Source of the DNA: a virus
Taxonomy: Duplodnaviria > Caudoviricetes
Reading direction: 5' to 3' (one strand)
Length of the DNA stretch: 64,000 nucleotides
Virus record (IMG/VR): IMGVR_UViG_3300032167_003270
Span: 64,001-128,000 of that record
Shown: positions 19,598-30,059 of the stretch, one piece after another
Position numbering within the stretch: the stretch's first letter is position 1
How the letters are laid out: each line of letters opens with the position of its first letter
Position numbers and translations under genes: made by a program
The notes under the pieces: generated by a model
What the model was told of the DNA's origin: nothing
The model's input: the letters and a program-made list of their open reading frames with translations, nothing else
Databases searched by the model: none

Positions 19598-20182
19598 TTA
19601 AGTTTCATATTTGCCTGTATTAGTTGATATACAGAAACAAGGTAAATCTCCCATAGGGATAATTTCATTTATAATCATACCATTACAATAAAGTTCTACA
19701 TCATACATTTTCATTAAATATTCAATTCCATAAATATTTAACCAATATGTATTATCATCAACTTTTTGTGGCTCACTTTTAGTGATTACATTCTTGACAT
19801 AAATTCTTTTCACTCTATCTTCAAAATGAAAATCAAATACGTCAATTTCTCCCTCACTAATAATATCAACTTGTATCTCTACAGGTTCATTATAACAAAA
19901 TCTTTCAACAATGTATTTCTCTTTTGCAGATAAATCATCAGCATTTTCAATTTCATAATTCTCTTCTAAAGGTACAAAAGTACAGAATTTCTCTAATTCT
20001 TCTTTACCCTTTTCACACAAATTTTGAACATCTATAAGTAAAATATGTTTATAAGAACATATAAATTCTTTATCTGTATCATATATAATTTTACAAGAAT
20101 TTTCTTCGTGAGTTCTATGTACTTGCGTTACAATACTACCATCTCGCATTATATCGCCAACTTTAATATCTTTCCATTTCAT
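19598..20182 (-). CDS. Stand-alone intein (Hint) middle fragment, class-3-like
   Basis: Starts at block N2 (MKWKDIKVGD), has block B (EFICSYKHILL) and ends in block F (IIPMGDLPCFCISTNTGKYET). No block A and no terminal Asn. GGAGG RBS. Confidence 0.8.
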   Translation of the reverse strand: MKWKDIKVGDIMRDGSIVTQVHRTHEENSCKIIYDTDKEFICSYKHILLIDVQNLCEKGKEELEKFCTFVPLEENYEIENADDLSAKEKYIVERFCYNEPVEIQVDIISEGEIDVFDFHFEDRVKRIYVKNVITKSEPQKVDDNTYWLNIYGIEYLMKMYDVELYCNGMIINEIIPMGDLPCFCISTNTGKYET

Positions 20183-20207
20183 TTTATTAAATTACCTCCA
20201 ATTAACT

Positions 20208-20621
20208 CTATTCCTTTTCTACAATTACATATCCATAATAAGAATAATCTGTACTACCAAATGATTCTCCCTCATAAAAATCGGCTTCTGTAGTACCATA
20301 ATTTATAGGTTCAGTAGTTAGATTTCGTTTTTCTAATATATAAGTAACATCATCATCTAACAAATCATTTGGAATTATTTTATTTACTAATAAATCTGCT
20401 AATGATACTTGCTCATTATTGATATAAATATAATCATTATCAAAATTTACCCTATCATAATTATAATTCCACTCATATATATAACCATTCCCTGCTTTAC
20501 CACCTTTTTTTCTTATTAAAGCAGTTCTTAAATTACCCTCTTTTTTAGTGTACTCAAAGATTTCTTTTTTAATTAACACTTTTAAATCTATTGTGTCGTC
20601 ACTTTTAGGAAAATATAACAT
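20208..20621 (-). CDS. Hypothetical protein
   Basis: 137-aa ORF in a co-oriented run. Confidence 0.55.
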   Translation of the reverse strand: MLYFPKSDDTIDLKVLIKKEIFEYTKKEGNLRTALIRKKGGKAGNGYIYEWNYNYDRVNFDNDYIYINNEQVSLADLLVNKIIPNDLLDDDVTYILEKRNLTTEPINYGTTEADFYEGESFGSTDYSYYGYVIVEKE

Positions 20622-20675
20622 AATTTTATCCCACCTATTCTAGTTTTACATATAAAATATTATCAGTTTCGATAA

Positions 20676-20840
20676 CTAATATAAATCTACAATTTTTCCA
20701 TTTTCATCAAATTCAAAATCAGAGTGACCTAATTCGTGACTTTTGGTTTTAATTACACCATTCCCATTTTCCCAATTCTCTACTTCATAAGTAATTTTAA
20801 ATCGGTCACAAATTTTAATGATTATGTCTTTTTCTGTCAT
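20676..20840 (-). CDS. Small hypothetical protein (54 aa, not in the ORF track)
   Basis: MTEKDIIIKICDRFK...FEFDENGKIVDLY; ATG overlaps the upstream TAA and has an AAGGAG RBS. Confidence 0.55.
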   Translation of the reverse strand: MTEKDIIIKICDRFKITYEVENWENGNGVIKTKSHELGHSDFEFDENGKIVDLY

Positions 20841-21256
20841 TATTTAAATATCTCCTTAACTTTACCATATCTAGCATTTGTTCCAAAACAAGTAACTGTT
20901 TCTATACAATCTCTTTCTGTGGTTTTGTCTTTTACAATGTTTTTATTACCATCAGAATCAACTGTATATATACACCAATAAGAATCTTGACTATATTTAT
21001 CTGTAAATATTTCGTCTTCTATAAGTTCGATGTCAACTTTATCTAATATAACATCTTCCCATTGTCTAGGAGATAAAATTTGACAACCAATAGTTTTATT
21101 TACAATAGTAGTCCACATCCAATCTTGTCCTATATCAAAATAAATATTATCAATTTTATAATAACATCTATTAGGACTATCTCTATTTAACATTTTACAA
21201 AGCATTTCCAATCTAAAATATTCATTTGAATCCATTTCTAATACTTTCGGTTGCAT
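20840..21256 (-). CDS. Hypothetical protein
   Basis: ORF with an AGGAG RBS. Confidence 0.55.
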   Translation of the reverse strand: MQPKVLEMDSNEYFRLEMLCKMLNRDSPNRCYYKIDNIYFDIGQDWMWTTIVNKTIGCQILSPRQWEDVILDKVDIELIEDEIFTDKYSQDSYWCIYTVDSDGNKNIVKDKTTERDCIETVTCFGTNARYGKVKEIFK

Positions 21257-21276
21257 AATTTATCTCCTTTCTTATT

Positions 21277-21561
21277 TTACTCACAATATTTATCAAAAAT
21301 TTCTTCGGTTACACCAATAGCGTCATAGAATTTATATAATTTATAAACATCTTCTTCCCAATATTTAGGGTCGTCATCATCAAATTCTGCTATTTCATCA
21401 AATAAATCATCTGCTAAATTCTGGTCAAAGCATTTAAGGTCAATACAAAAATCTAATAATTCAAAAAATCCCCTTTCTTGAATATAATATACTGCGTCTT
21501 TTAAATCTTTTTCTTTTCTTAATGGTTGTACTTTTTCTAACAATTCTTCTAAATGCTCCAT
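21277..21561 (-). CDS. Acidic hypothetical protein
   Basis: Tightly packed ORF. Confidence 0.55.
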   Translation of the reverse strand: MEHLEELLEKVQPLRKEKDLKDAVYYIQERGFFELLDFCIDLKCFDQNLADDLFDEIAEFDDDDPKYWEEDVYKLYKFYDAIGVTEEIFDKYCE

Positions 21562-21567
21562 AATAAA

Positions 21568-22026
21568 TTACTCCATTTCTGCATTAAATAAGTTAATATA
21601 GTTAATTTCTTCTTCGTTAGCAGAAAATTTTGACTGTAATTCTGCCTTTGTATATTCTTCAAGACTATTAGTGTCTTTAAAATAATTACAAATATCTTTA
21701 ATACTATTATATAATTTTGTATAATTTAATTTAAGTGCTAAATCTGCCCAATCGCACAAATAAGCCTCAATAAAATTGTTTAAATCTTCTGTTGAAACAT
21801 CGTAATCGTCCTCTAATGAAAAATCTATCATATAGTCCATAAAATAATCAACACATACATCAGGAACAACTAAAGATTTTGTATCTCCAACTTTAGCGTG
21901 GTCATATATTCCATAATCCCAAGATTTATCTCCAAAACGATATTCAGAAAATAAATAAACATTATCATTATAATAAACTAAATATAATTCACTAGAAAAG
22001 AAGTTAATTACATCATCAATATACAT
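21568..22026 (-). CDS. Acidic hypothetical protein
   Basis: GGGGG RBS. Confidence 0.55.
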   Translation of the reverse strand: MYIDDVINFFSSELYLVYYNDNVYLFSEYRFGDKSWDYGIYDHAKVGDTKSLVVPDVCVDYFMDYMIDFSLEDDYDVSTEDLNNFIEAYLCDWADLALKLNYTKLYNSIKDICNYFKDTNSLEEYTKAELQSKFSANEEEINYINLFNAEME

Positions 22027-22039
22027 ATAATATCCCCCC

Positions 22040-22438
22040 TTAATTTAATCTATATTTTTCTTTAAGTTCCGTCATCTTTAAGAAATGTTCATAACCTAAA
22101 AATTCAGAATTTTCAGATGCAGTTTTATAACATTTTAAAATTGTTTGATAATATTCTTGCATCCATTCATCAGGTTGTTCAAACATACATTCAAACATTT
22201 TAGCAACAATCTCTTCTTCTGACCATCCTGCAATAGGATTTTCAATTATGATACTATTTTTATTTAATCTAGCCTCACAATTATCTCCGTCTTCATAAAA
22301 ATTAAGACCATTACTATCATTTGTGTGATATGATATATATTTATATTCTCCAACATCTTTTGGAACTCTATAAATATTATTTAATACAACACAATCACTT
22401 GTTTCTAATCCATCAGGTAAAATAAGAACTGCTGACAT
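22040..22438 (-). CDS. Hypothetical protein
   Basis: GGGGG RBS. Confidence 0.55.
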   Translation of the reverse strand: MSAVLILPDGLETSDCVVLNNIYRVPKDVGEYKYISYHTNDSNGLNFYEDGDNCEARLNKNSIIIENPIAGWSEEEIVAKMFECMFEQPDEWMQEYYQTILKCYKTASENSEFLGYEHFLKMTELKEKYRLN

Positions 22439-22448
22439 AATATCCCCC

Positions 22449-22793
22449 CTATTTCACATATTCTTTTTGTGTTTCTAATGGTAATTCTTCAAATAATTCG
22501 TCAATTACACAAACATAATAATCTGCCTCGGCATCTCCTAAACAATAAGCGTCTGCGTCACTGATATTATTATAGATATATTCTGCTAATTCATCTGTTG
22601 AATAATCTTCTAAACATTTGTCATCTTTCATATATAAAAAATAAAACCAATACTCACCAATTTCACATTTAGCCCAATCATCACAATCATCATCCCAAGC
22701 ATCTACCCAAACTCTTATTTTTTGATTATCTAATAATGCCATAATTTTATCAATATAAACATTACTTAACATAATTATTTTACTCCTTTCCAT
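22449..22793 (-). CDS. Acidic hypothetical protein
   Basis: ORF downstream of the motif copy at 22840-22852; start uncertain. Confidence 0.5.
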   Translation of the reverse strand: MERSKIIMLSNVYIDKIMALLDNQKIRVWVDAWDDDCDDWAKCEIGEYWFYFLYMKDDKCLEDYSTDELAEYIYNNISDADAYCLGDAEADYYVCVIDELFEELPLETQKEYVK

Positions 22794-22855
22794 AAAAGAA
22801 ATATGGGTGTTTGTTAAATTATTTTATAACATCCACCCTTATAATTAAATAGTAT

Positions 22856-23038
22856 TTAATTTAACTTACTAATGGCTACTTTAAAAGTATCTCCCATAGT
22901 ATTAGAAACAGTAATTTCATCAGCATTATTAAAAGTGACCTTACCATTTAATAAGTCCTTAAATTCCTGTGCTGCCATTCTAGGAGTTCTCTTATCAATA
23001 GTCATTTCTTCATTTGCGTATCTTACTTTGTAATTCAT
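22856..23038 (-). CDS. Small hypothetical protein
   Basis: 60 aa, AAGGA RBS. Confidence 0.5.
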   Translation of the reverse strand: MNYKVRYANEEMTIDKRTPRMAAQEFKDLLNGKVTFNNADEITVSNTMGDTFKVAISKLN

Positions 23039-23063
23039 TTTTATAAATTCCTTTCTTAATAAT

Positions 23064-23447
23064 TTATTGTAATTTTCTCATAGATAATTCTTTACATCTA
23101 CTAAAACCAATATTTGAATTTTCTCCCCTAAAAGTATCACGGATTTCTTCAATATAATTATATTTAGCCTTTAATTCTTCAATATCGTCAGTAATAGAAA
23201 TCCATTGACTATCATCTAAATCTTTTAAATGAAAACAATCATATTTTTCATAAAAATCTAATGCTAGTCCATTTAATAAATCTGCTTGACATTGACCACA
23301 TCTATTATAATCAGTTTTTGGTTGATTAAATTCACAAGCACTTGTAGAAAAATATGGTGACTGATTAGAACCTAATGTATAATATTTTACTTCAAAGATA
23401 ATTTTTCTTGATATTTGAAATACATATAAAAATTCATATTTTTGCAT
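23064..23447 (-). CDS. Hypothetical protein
   Basis: ORF in a co-oriented run. Confidence 0.55.
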   Translation of the reverse strand: MQKYEFLYVFQISRKIIFEVKYYTLGSNQSPYFSTSACEFNQPKTDYNRCGQCQADLLNGLALDFYEKYDCFHLKDLDDSQWISITDDIEELKAKYNYIEEIRDTFRGENSNIGFSRCKELSMRKLQ

Positions 23448-23462
23448 AATAAGTCATTCCTT

Positions 23463-23882
23463 TCATTTAGATACTAATTCAAATTTATAATCATTAGTTC
23501 TCCAATCAAAAGATGCCATTATCCAAATATCTGAATCTGCGTCATATTCGTCACCATTTCCCCAACCATCATCAATTTGATAATTAGCAAAACCTTGTTG
23601 TTCAAAGCCCTCTCCAAGACCATCTGAATTTTGACCAGAAACCCAATTACTAATAGACATTAATTCTAAATCAGATAATTCAACAGTAGTTTCTAATTCA
23701 ATATAACCAGATTGTTCATCTTGTAATATCCAAGCAATATTAGTTACACTATTTCTAGTTGATTGTGAAATACGATTATCGTCTTTTAAATATTTAGTCA
23801 TATCGTCTTCTGATAAATATTCTTGTGCATCATTTATATCCAAAACAGGATATTCTAATTTAAAATAAGTTCTATAAATCAT
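23463..23882 (-). CDS. Hypothetical protein with a GQxSDGxGEGFEQ motif
   Basis: I recall this motif from uncharacterised Firmicutes mobile-element proteins; family not confirmed. Confidence 0.55.
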   Translation of the reverse strand: MIYRTYFKLEYPVLDINDAQEYLSEDDMTKYLKDDNRISQSTRNSVTNIAWILQDEQSGYIELETTVELSDLELMSISNWVSGQNSDGLGEGFEQQGFANYQIDDGWGNGDEYDADSDIWIMASFDWRTNDYKFELVSK

Positions 23883-23899
23883 ATTTTTATTCTCCTACT

Positions 23900-24109
23900 T
23901 TATTTATCTTGCATAACTTTAACAATAGTTTTAGATTTAACTTTCCACAAATGAGGATATTCATAAACTAAACATTCATCATTAAAGTTAGATAAAGGAC
24001 AATCTTCACATTTACGATTTCTTTGATTACAAAAATCGTGAATTATGACTAATGCCTTTGAAACCTCTTCTAATGATATTTCATCATTATCTGTTAATAA
24101 TTTACCCAT
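23900..24109 (-). CDS. Small Cys-rich protein
   Basis: FC...CEDCPL...C...P..W pattern common in phage small proteins. Confidence 0.5.
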   Translation of the reverse strand: MGKLLTDNDEISLEEVSKALVIIHDFCNQRNRKCEDCPLSNFNDECLVYEYPHLWKVKSKTIVKVMQDK

Positions 24110-24141
24110 ATTCAGTCAAGATTCCATCCTTTCTGCAAGTA

Positions 24142-24504
24142 TTATAAATCGCTAATATTCTCAATTAAATAATTACAGAAATTTACCATAACATCTTCAA
24201 TAGAATCTTCAAAATTTGCACCAATATCTTGTACAAAATATAAAAATTCATCTGATTTTACTAAATATTTAGTACCATTTATAATTAGAACATCATCTAT
24301 AAATTCCATTTCAACTTCGGAATATTTAATTTCTTCAATGTCTAATGGTCTATCAAAATGAATATCTATCCAATCATTATAAATGTTTTGTGACGCACAA
24401 TTATAATATTTACCATTGAGTATAAAATCAATTACTCTAAACTTAAATTTAGAATAATCCCCACTCATAGCAAACGAACAATTATACTTAACCTTTTCTG
24501 CCAT
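24142..24504 (-). CDS. Hypothetical protein (start revised to MAEK)
   Basis: GGAGG RBS before 24504. Confidence 0.5.
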   Translation of the reverse strand: MAEKVKYNCSFAMSGDYSKFKFRVIDFILNGKYYNCASQNIYNDWIDIHFDRPLDIEEIKYSEVEMEFIDDVLIINGTKYLVKSDEFLYFVQDIGANFEDSIEDVMVNFCNYLIENISDL

Positions 24505-24524
24505 ATAAAACCCTCCCTTAAAAA

Positions 24525-24881
24525 TCACATTGAAAAATCAATGTATATATTAAACATATTAGTTCTGCATAATAATCGTACAGTTTCATTTTTCATTGCA
24601 AATAAAAATGACTCATTTCGTTTTCCATATTCACTTGGTTTATATCTTCCGTGCATAGAAAATTTTGCATAATCTTCATATGGAGTACCAAATTGAAGAA
24701 AACCTTTTTCGTCAATTCTAAAAGCAAATTGTCCTGTATCAAATTCTTTTGCTTTTTTAAAGTATAAATCCAAATTTTCCTTTTTATCTTTTAAACCCTC
24801 GTGAGTTATATAATACATTTTTCTAAAAGACTCTATGATATTATGTACTTCATTCGGACTTATACTATCACTATAATACAT
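24525..24881 (-). CDS. Hypothetical protein
   Basis: Tightly packed ORF. Confidence 0.55.
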   Translation of the reverse strand: MYYSDSISPNEVHNIIESFRKMYYITHEGLKDKKENLDLYFKKAKEFDTGQFAFRIDEKGFLQFGTPYEDYAKFSMHGRYKPSEYGKRNESFLFAMKNETVRLLCRTNMFNIYIDFSM

Positions 24882-24885
24882 TTTA

Positions 24886-25413
24886 TTAAATTCCTCTCTT
24901 TATAATAGTATCAGAAAATTCCTTTATTGCAAAGTAATCCATTTCCTTTATATTATCATATTCTAAATCTGATAGTCCAATAATAATTATGGATTGATTT
25001 ATATAATCTTCATAAAAATCAACTTTACCTATAATTGCTTTATTTGGAACAACTTCACTTTGTATATATATTTCTTTAAACATATCTAATAATTCAACTC
25101 TATTAGATATAAAAGTATGACCATTTAAACCATTATGTGTTAATCGTTCATTTATAAGTAGATAATGATTATAATTACCCACTAAATTTAATACCATAGC
25201 GTCTAAATCATCTTCAAAAATTTCTTCTGAATTATAATCTATTGCACTAGATGGAATATTAAACTTTTTTATCTGATTTACACTTAATGTTGCCATTTCT
25301 ATATCTCTATTATCATATTCAAGATATATAAGTTCCTTAATTTCATCTGATAATTTTGATAAATTTACATTATAAGTTGTACAACTACCAATAATTCCTA
25401 ACATATTTTCCAC
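24886..25413 (-). CDS. Hypothetical protein
   Basis: GTG-start ORF in a run. Confidence 0.5.
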   Translation of the reverse strand: MENMLGIIGSCTTYNVNLSKLSDEIKELIYLEYDNRDIEMATLSVNQIKKFNIPSSAIDYNSEEIFEDDLDAMVLNLVGNYNHYLLINERLTHNGLNGHTFISNRVELLDMFKEIYIQSEVVPNKAIIGKVDFYEDYINQSIIIIGLSDLEYDNIKEMDYFAIKEFSDTIIKRGI

Positions 25414-25418
25414 ATCCT

Positions 25419-25766
25419 TTAATTTTTTACAATAATAAACGAGTCATCTTTAGTAAGGGCAAAATATCCCCAAGTACCAAAAATTAATTTATCTTCAATA
25501 CTTGTAATCTCTCCTGCTAAAAACTTACCTGTTTTATTTAATATTTCATAAGGGTATGATTCATTTTTCACAGCAAAAATGACTGCTAAATCGCCTATAT
25601 TTGCTTTATTTATATCAGTTTCGGATTTCATAGATAAAATTCTTGCCTGAACTACATACCCATTACACTCATCACAACATCTTTCTTTTTCATTTCCTTT
25701 TGCAACTAATGGAATCGGATTATTTCCAAATTTGTTTATTTCTTTTCCACAAATAATACATTTCAT
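25419..25766 (-). CDS. Zn-binding hypothetical protein
   Basis: CIICGK...GNNP.P...RCCDECN. Confidence 0.55.
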   Translation of the reverse strand: MKCIICGKEINKFGNNPIPLVAKGNEKERCCDECNGYVVQARILSMKSETDINKANIGDLAVIFAVKNESYPYEILNKTGKFLAGEITSIEDKLIFGTWGYFALTKDDSFIIVKN

Positions 25767-25780
25767 ATTATAAATCTCCT

Positions 25781-26743
25781 TTATAATCGCAATCTAATTC
25801 TTTGCTTTTTTGGTTGTTTTATAGGTTTTAATTTAATAACAATATTAGATTTTCTAAATTTCTCTCTATTACAATACCAACATAGTGTTTCATAATTATC
25901 TTCTTCAATTTTACCACCATATTTCATTGATTTAATAGGAGAAATTCCTAAAAATAATGTTATGTCAACCAAATTATTTTTACCACAACTACAACAAGTA
26001 TAATAATCTCTTTTTAAGATATTAGTTCTAAACTCTTCTGACATTGTTGGAGTTGTTTTATTTTTGTCTGATAGATATTTAATAAGTTTAACTAAATTTT
26101 CTTTATTTAAAATAATATCTATATTTTGAGTTCTACTCTTGAATGTATATTTAGGAAAATAAATATCCTCATTAATCTTATCAAAGTGTAATTTTTCATA
26201 TAATGTATCTAAATCTACCTTTGCATAGTCAGGAATTTTACAACTTATTTTAGAGAAAATATAGGCTCTTTTCTCTTTCAATAAATTAGTTCCATTTTCT
26301 ATTGATAGAAATATATTATACATTTCTTCAAATTTAGGTAAACAACTAACATTTATATCAAATTTCTCACATAAACAAGCAAAAGCTGAATATTTTGCAT
26401 AATCAATAATATCTGAATTGCACTCATATACAAATTTCTTGCTTACATCTTTAGATAAAACTTTCTTTTTTGGTATAATTTCATTGATACCTATACTTGG
26501 TATTTGTTGTTTTAATTCCCCTAAATATAAATTTAAATCATTAAACTCAATTACATCATTTAAAATATCATTCTTGATTTTAGAAAATTCAGTAGTTTTA
26601 AAGTATTTTAATACCTTTTTATCTATCTTCTTATCTTTAATTCTTTTACGCCATATAAATATGTTTGGTAATACAAATGCACCTAATAGAGTAACGATTA
26701 TACCTATTAGAATCCATACGAATACCATATCGTCATCTCTCAT
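25781..26743 (-). CDS. Membrane-anchored protein with a degenerate C-terminal HNH domain
   Basis: N-terminal TM; ILKRDYYTCCSCG...GG...NYETLCWYCNREK. The catalytic His of DHI is replaced (ISPI). Confidence 0.6.
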   Translation of the reverse strand: MRDDDMVFVWILIGIIVTLLGAFVLPNIFIWRKRIKDKKIDKKVLKYFKTTEFSKIKNDILNDVIEFNDLNLYLGELKQQIPSIGINEIIPKKKVLSKDVSKKFVYECNSDIIDYAKYSAFACLCEKFDINVSCLPKFEEMYNIFLSIENGTNLLKEKRAYIFSKISCKIPDYAKVDLDTLYEKLHFDKINEDIYFPKYTFKSRTQNIDIILNKENLVKLIKYLSDKNKTTPTMSEEFRTNILKRDYYTCCSCGKNNLVDITLFLGISPIKSMKYGGKIEEDNYETLCWYCNREKFRKSNIVIKLKPIKQPKKQRIRLRL

Positions 26744-26801
26744 AATTTCCCTTCTTTTATATCTTTTTTAAACTTATTATATCAAACTTTTTTTGAAATG
26801 T

Positions 26802-27371
26802 TTATAAACATTCTAATAATTCTTGATATAATTCATAATTACTTTCTTCTAATTCACAAATACACATAAATAAAAATTTATTTAATTGATGTTTTGTATT
26901 TACATAATCAGATTTTGAAACATCTCCATTTGTAAAATATATGAAAAATTCCATATCTTCTCTTGTAATATTAAAAATATCCATATCTCTAGTTCTAATT
27001 TTTACAGCATCAATAGAACCAACTTCTTTAATATTTCCGTCAGTTTCTACTGTGACTAAATTACAATTATCTACTTTCTTTAAAAACTTATGTAAACCAA
27101 CATCTAATGCCTCTTCCATATAATCAGATTCCATTTGGTTTCTACTCTCTGCCTCAAAACCATTTTGAAGTAAAAATTCTTTTATATGTCTTGTAGTTGT
27201 TTGTGTTGGCTCTCCATAATTTAATATAGTAGGTTTACCATTTTTTATAGTGGCAACTTTTGTATTATAACTAAATAATGTTTTATCCCCATTATCTTCT
27301 GTTACAACTGACGCTTTATTATAAAATGATGCTCTAGCGTCATATCTAGCCTCTAAATATTCCATAGTCAT
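26802..27371 (-). CDS. Phage-type hypothetical protein
   Basis: SFYNKA...LFSYNTKVA...TTTRHIKEF motif recalled from phage small proteins. Confidence 0.55.
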   Translation of the reverse strand: MTMEYLEARYDARASFYNKASVVTEDNGDKTLFSYNTKVATIKNGKPTILNYGEPTQTTTRHIKEFLLQNGFEAESRNQMESDYMEEALDVGLHKFLKKVDNCNLVTVETDGNIKEVGSIDAVKIRTRDMDIFNITREDMEFFIYFTNGDVSKSDYVNTKHQLNKFLFMCICELEESNYELYQELLECL

Positions 27372-27534
27372 AATAAATACCCCCCTTAAAAAATAAAATG
27401 CCTAACACATTTGTATTAAGCATTTTTCACATTCATTCTATTATAATTAAATAGTATTTGCCAAACATATTATTTATGTTGTAGTGTTATATTTAATTAT
27501 TTATTATATTTATATCTAAATAAAGGTAACTTTT

Positions 27535-27642
27535 TTATAAATAGAGAATTGCTATGATAACTGCTGATATATTTACAATTCCCATAAGTAGTAAATAAAA
27601 TAAATTAAAATCTTTTTCTTCTTCTTTTTTCTTTTTACTCAT
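27535..27642 (-). CDS. Small membrane peptide
   Basis: AGGAG RBS, then MSKKKK + a hydrophobic helix. Confidence 0.45.
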   Translation of the reverse strand: MSKKKKEEEKDFNLFYLLLMGIVNISAVIIAILYL

Positions 27643-27670
27643 AGCATATCTCTCCTTTATATTATTATTT

Positions 27671-28027
27671 TTATTGTAAATCTTTAAAATAATTCCAAGA
27701 GAATGACCATTCATAATTATCAATACTAGATAAGAATTTTAAAGCGTCTATAATATTATCAAATTGTTGTTTTGTTGTAAATTTATCATTATCTTTATTA
27801 TTTGTAATATCAATATAAAAGGTGTAATAATCATTTATAAAATCAAATTCTGTTTCCATAGTTAAATAACAATCTACATAATATAAATTTAAATTATTTA
27901 TATAACTTACAATAGTATTTTCATTAACAATATTAAAATTTAAGGAATGTTTACCAAAACTATGATTTTTACATAATTCTTCTGTTAATCTTTTAATATC
28001 ATTTTTAAGTGTTTTATTTAATTTCAT
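27671..28027 (-). CDS. Hypothetical protein
   Basis: AGGAG RBS. Confidence 0.5.
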   Translation of the reverse strand: MKLNKTLKNDIKRLTEELCKNHSFGKHSLNFNIVNENTIVSYINNLNLYYVDCYLTMETEFDFINDYYTFYIDITNNKDNDKFTTKQQFDNIIDALKFLSSIDNYEWSFSWNYFKDLQ

Positions 28028-28100
28028 AAATTCATCTCCTTATATTTATAAGTTAAAAATGACCTATCTATAAAAGATAAGTCATTTTATCACATTCATA

Positions 28101-29129
28101 CTATGTAGTTTCTTCCGATGTTGTATCATTATCATCACTATTGTCATTATCATCATCGTCAGTACCATCATCGTCAGTATCATTATTGTTATTACCACCA
28201 TCGTTATTATCGTCATCGTTAGTAGTATTGTCGTCATCATCATTTGGTACATTAGGAACTACAGGTTCATTAGGTGTTACAGGCTCACTGGGAGTTTCGG
28301 TTTCAGTATCATCACTAGGAGTTTCAGGTGCTACAGTTTCAACTGTTTCAGTTTTTGTAAATCCACAAGTAGTACAAGTAAGTGTTTTTGTTGTTTCCGT
28401 AGGTGTCATATTTACAACACCACTATTCCATTTATGCTTTTCTTGATTGATTTTATTTCCACATTTACAAACTTGCCAATGATATGAATTACTATGTTCA
28501 TATTCAGTTCCGTTTGCACTACAAGTATGTGTCTTTTTAGGAATAGTTTCATCTTGTGTTTTTCCACATACAGCACAAGTATGACGTTTTACACCTGTTT
28601 TAGTTTCAGTTGCGTCTTCAATAACCTTACTTACCCAAGTATGTTTTGTTTTCTCAATCTTTTCTCCACAACTACAAGTCTTCCAATGAAATACATCATC
28701 AGAATCAAATGCCACATCAGTAATATTATGTGTATGATTAGTAGTGGTTGTTGTAGTGTTATTTACAGTCGGTGATGTTGTAGTAGTTTCAGTAGTTTCT
28801 TCTTGCTTTAATTTAGGAATTACTTCTTCTTTTTCAGCATCACAATCACTACATACATAAACAATTAAACCATCTTCATCATCAGTTGCCTCTTTTTCTG
28901 TTGTTCCGTCATCCCATTTATGAACTGATACCTCATATTTTGTACCATCTTCTTTTAATTTCCAATGTCTAGCATCGTCAAAATAAACAGTTTCGTCTAC
29001 AACCTCTTCTGAAGATTCAGTTACCTTACTTTCTGAAGGCTTTTCACTCACGCTTGTACCACTATTACAAGCAGTTAAACATAATATGGTGCTTAACACA
29101 CCAATACATAATAAATATTTTTTCATCAT
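28101..29129 (-). CDS. Lipoprotein with His/Cys repeats and a D/N-rich tail
   Basis: LTAC lipobox; repeats HW..C.CG.k...kH.W...T.T..G.....C..C. Confidence 0.7.
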   Translation of the reverse strand: MMKKYLLCIGVLSTILCLTACNSGTSVSEKPSESKVTESSEEVVDETVYFDDARHWKLKEDGTKYEVSVHKWDDGTTEKEATDDEDGLIVYVCSDCDAEKEEVIPKLKQEETTETTTTSPTVNNTTTTTTNHTHNITDVAFDSDDVFHWKTCSCGEKIEKTKHTWVSKVIEDATETKTGVKRHTCAVCGKTQDETIPKKTHTCSANGTEYEHSNSYHWQVCKCGNKINQEKHKWNSGVVNMTPTETTKTLTCTTCGFTKTETVETVAPETPSDDTETETPSEPVTPNEPVVPNVPNDDDDNTTNDDDNNDGGNNNNDTDDDGTDDDDNDNSDDNDTTSEETT

Positions 29130-29162
29130 TAAAATTCCTTTCTATTTAGGTGTTTTATATAA

Positions 29163-30059
29163 TTAAATAGTGCTTAATTTGTCAATAAATTCCTTAATTA
29201 CATTAAGTTCCTCTATTATTTTATTTTGTTCTTCGTCATAGTTAATATATCTATCATAACTATTAATTTTAGTTTCCATACCGTCAAAAGTATTAGTAGG
29301 TGTCCAAATAGCGATATATAATTTATTATCTTGATAACATAAACCTATATTCTTATATTTTTCTTTCAATTCAATAAGTTTTTCCATAAGTGGTGGTGTT
29401 AAAATATAAAAAGCCTCCATATCATTTGCAGTAAAAACATCAAATTGATTATTAAAATCCACACTCTCAACTTCAATGTAGGTCATATCATATTTTGAAT
29501 TTCCCCTATTTTTAAAAGAATTTGTAAATATTTGTACTGATTTTATATCTTTATATGGACAATCTATTTCTAAAATTCTACCCATAAAATAAGTATTGTG
29601 GTTAATTCTAGTTTCATAATCTTGATTATCAGAATTATATTCTTCTGTATAAGATTCTTCTATAACCTTTACATCTGCGTGTTTGAAATTAACACCGTTA
29701 TATGTTGCCTCTAAATAATCTTCTGAATGATAACTATTTCCACGCTTTATTAAACCTATATTATTTATATAACTTTCATTAAAGCCACCATTAGCGTTAA
29801 ATAAAACATTATCAAAATTTTCATTTAGTAATGGATATACTAAATTCTCTTTATATAAATATGTATATTTATTTTTATATATACTTGCTTTTATAAATAA
29901 TATAATACTTAATATAACTAATAATATAAAACAAGATATTCCAAGTATAATATTGAAATTACCTAAAACAGCCATAAAAAGAATTGATGAAAAGAAACAA
30001 ACTATACCCAAACAATTTAATATTGTTTCATAATTCTTATATTGTTGTATATGTTCCAT
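29163..30059 (-). CDS. DUF3137-like membrane protein
   Basis: Two TMs; SEDYLE, F.G, ESVDFN..F.V...D..EAFYILTP.LME.L. Confidence 0.7.
   Translation of the reverse strand: MEHIQQYKNYETILNCLGIVCFFSSILFMAVLGNFNIILGISCFILLVILSIILFIKASIYKNKYTYLYKENLVYPLLNENFDNVLFNANGGFNESYINNIGLIKRGNSYHSEDYLEATYNGVNFKHADVKVIEESYTEEYNSDNQDYETRINHNTYFMGRILEIDCPYKDIKSVQIFTNSFKNRGNSKYDMTYIEVESVDFNNQFDVFTANDMEAFYILTPPLMEKLIELKEKYKNIGLCYQDNKLYIAIWTPTNTFDGMETKINSYDRYINYDEEQNKIIEELNVIKEFIDKLSTI

Noticed and set aside
28110-28250. Short tandem TCA/TTA repeats here, at 49170-49220 and at 59620-59860
   Set aside because: Low-complexity coding linkers (D/N, N/G, T/E/P), not CRISPR or independent repeats.
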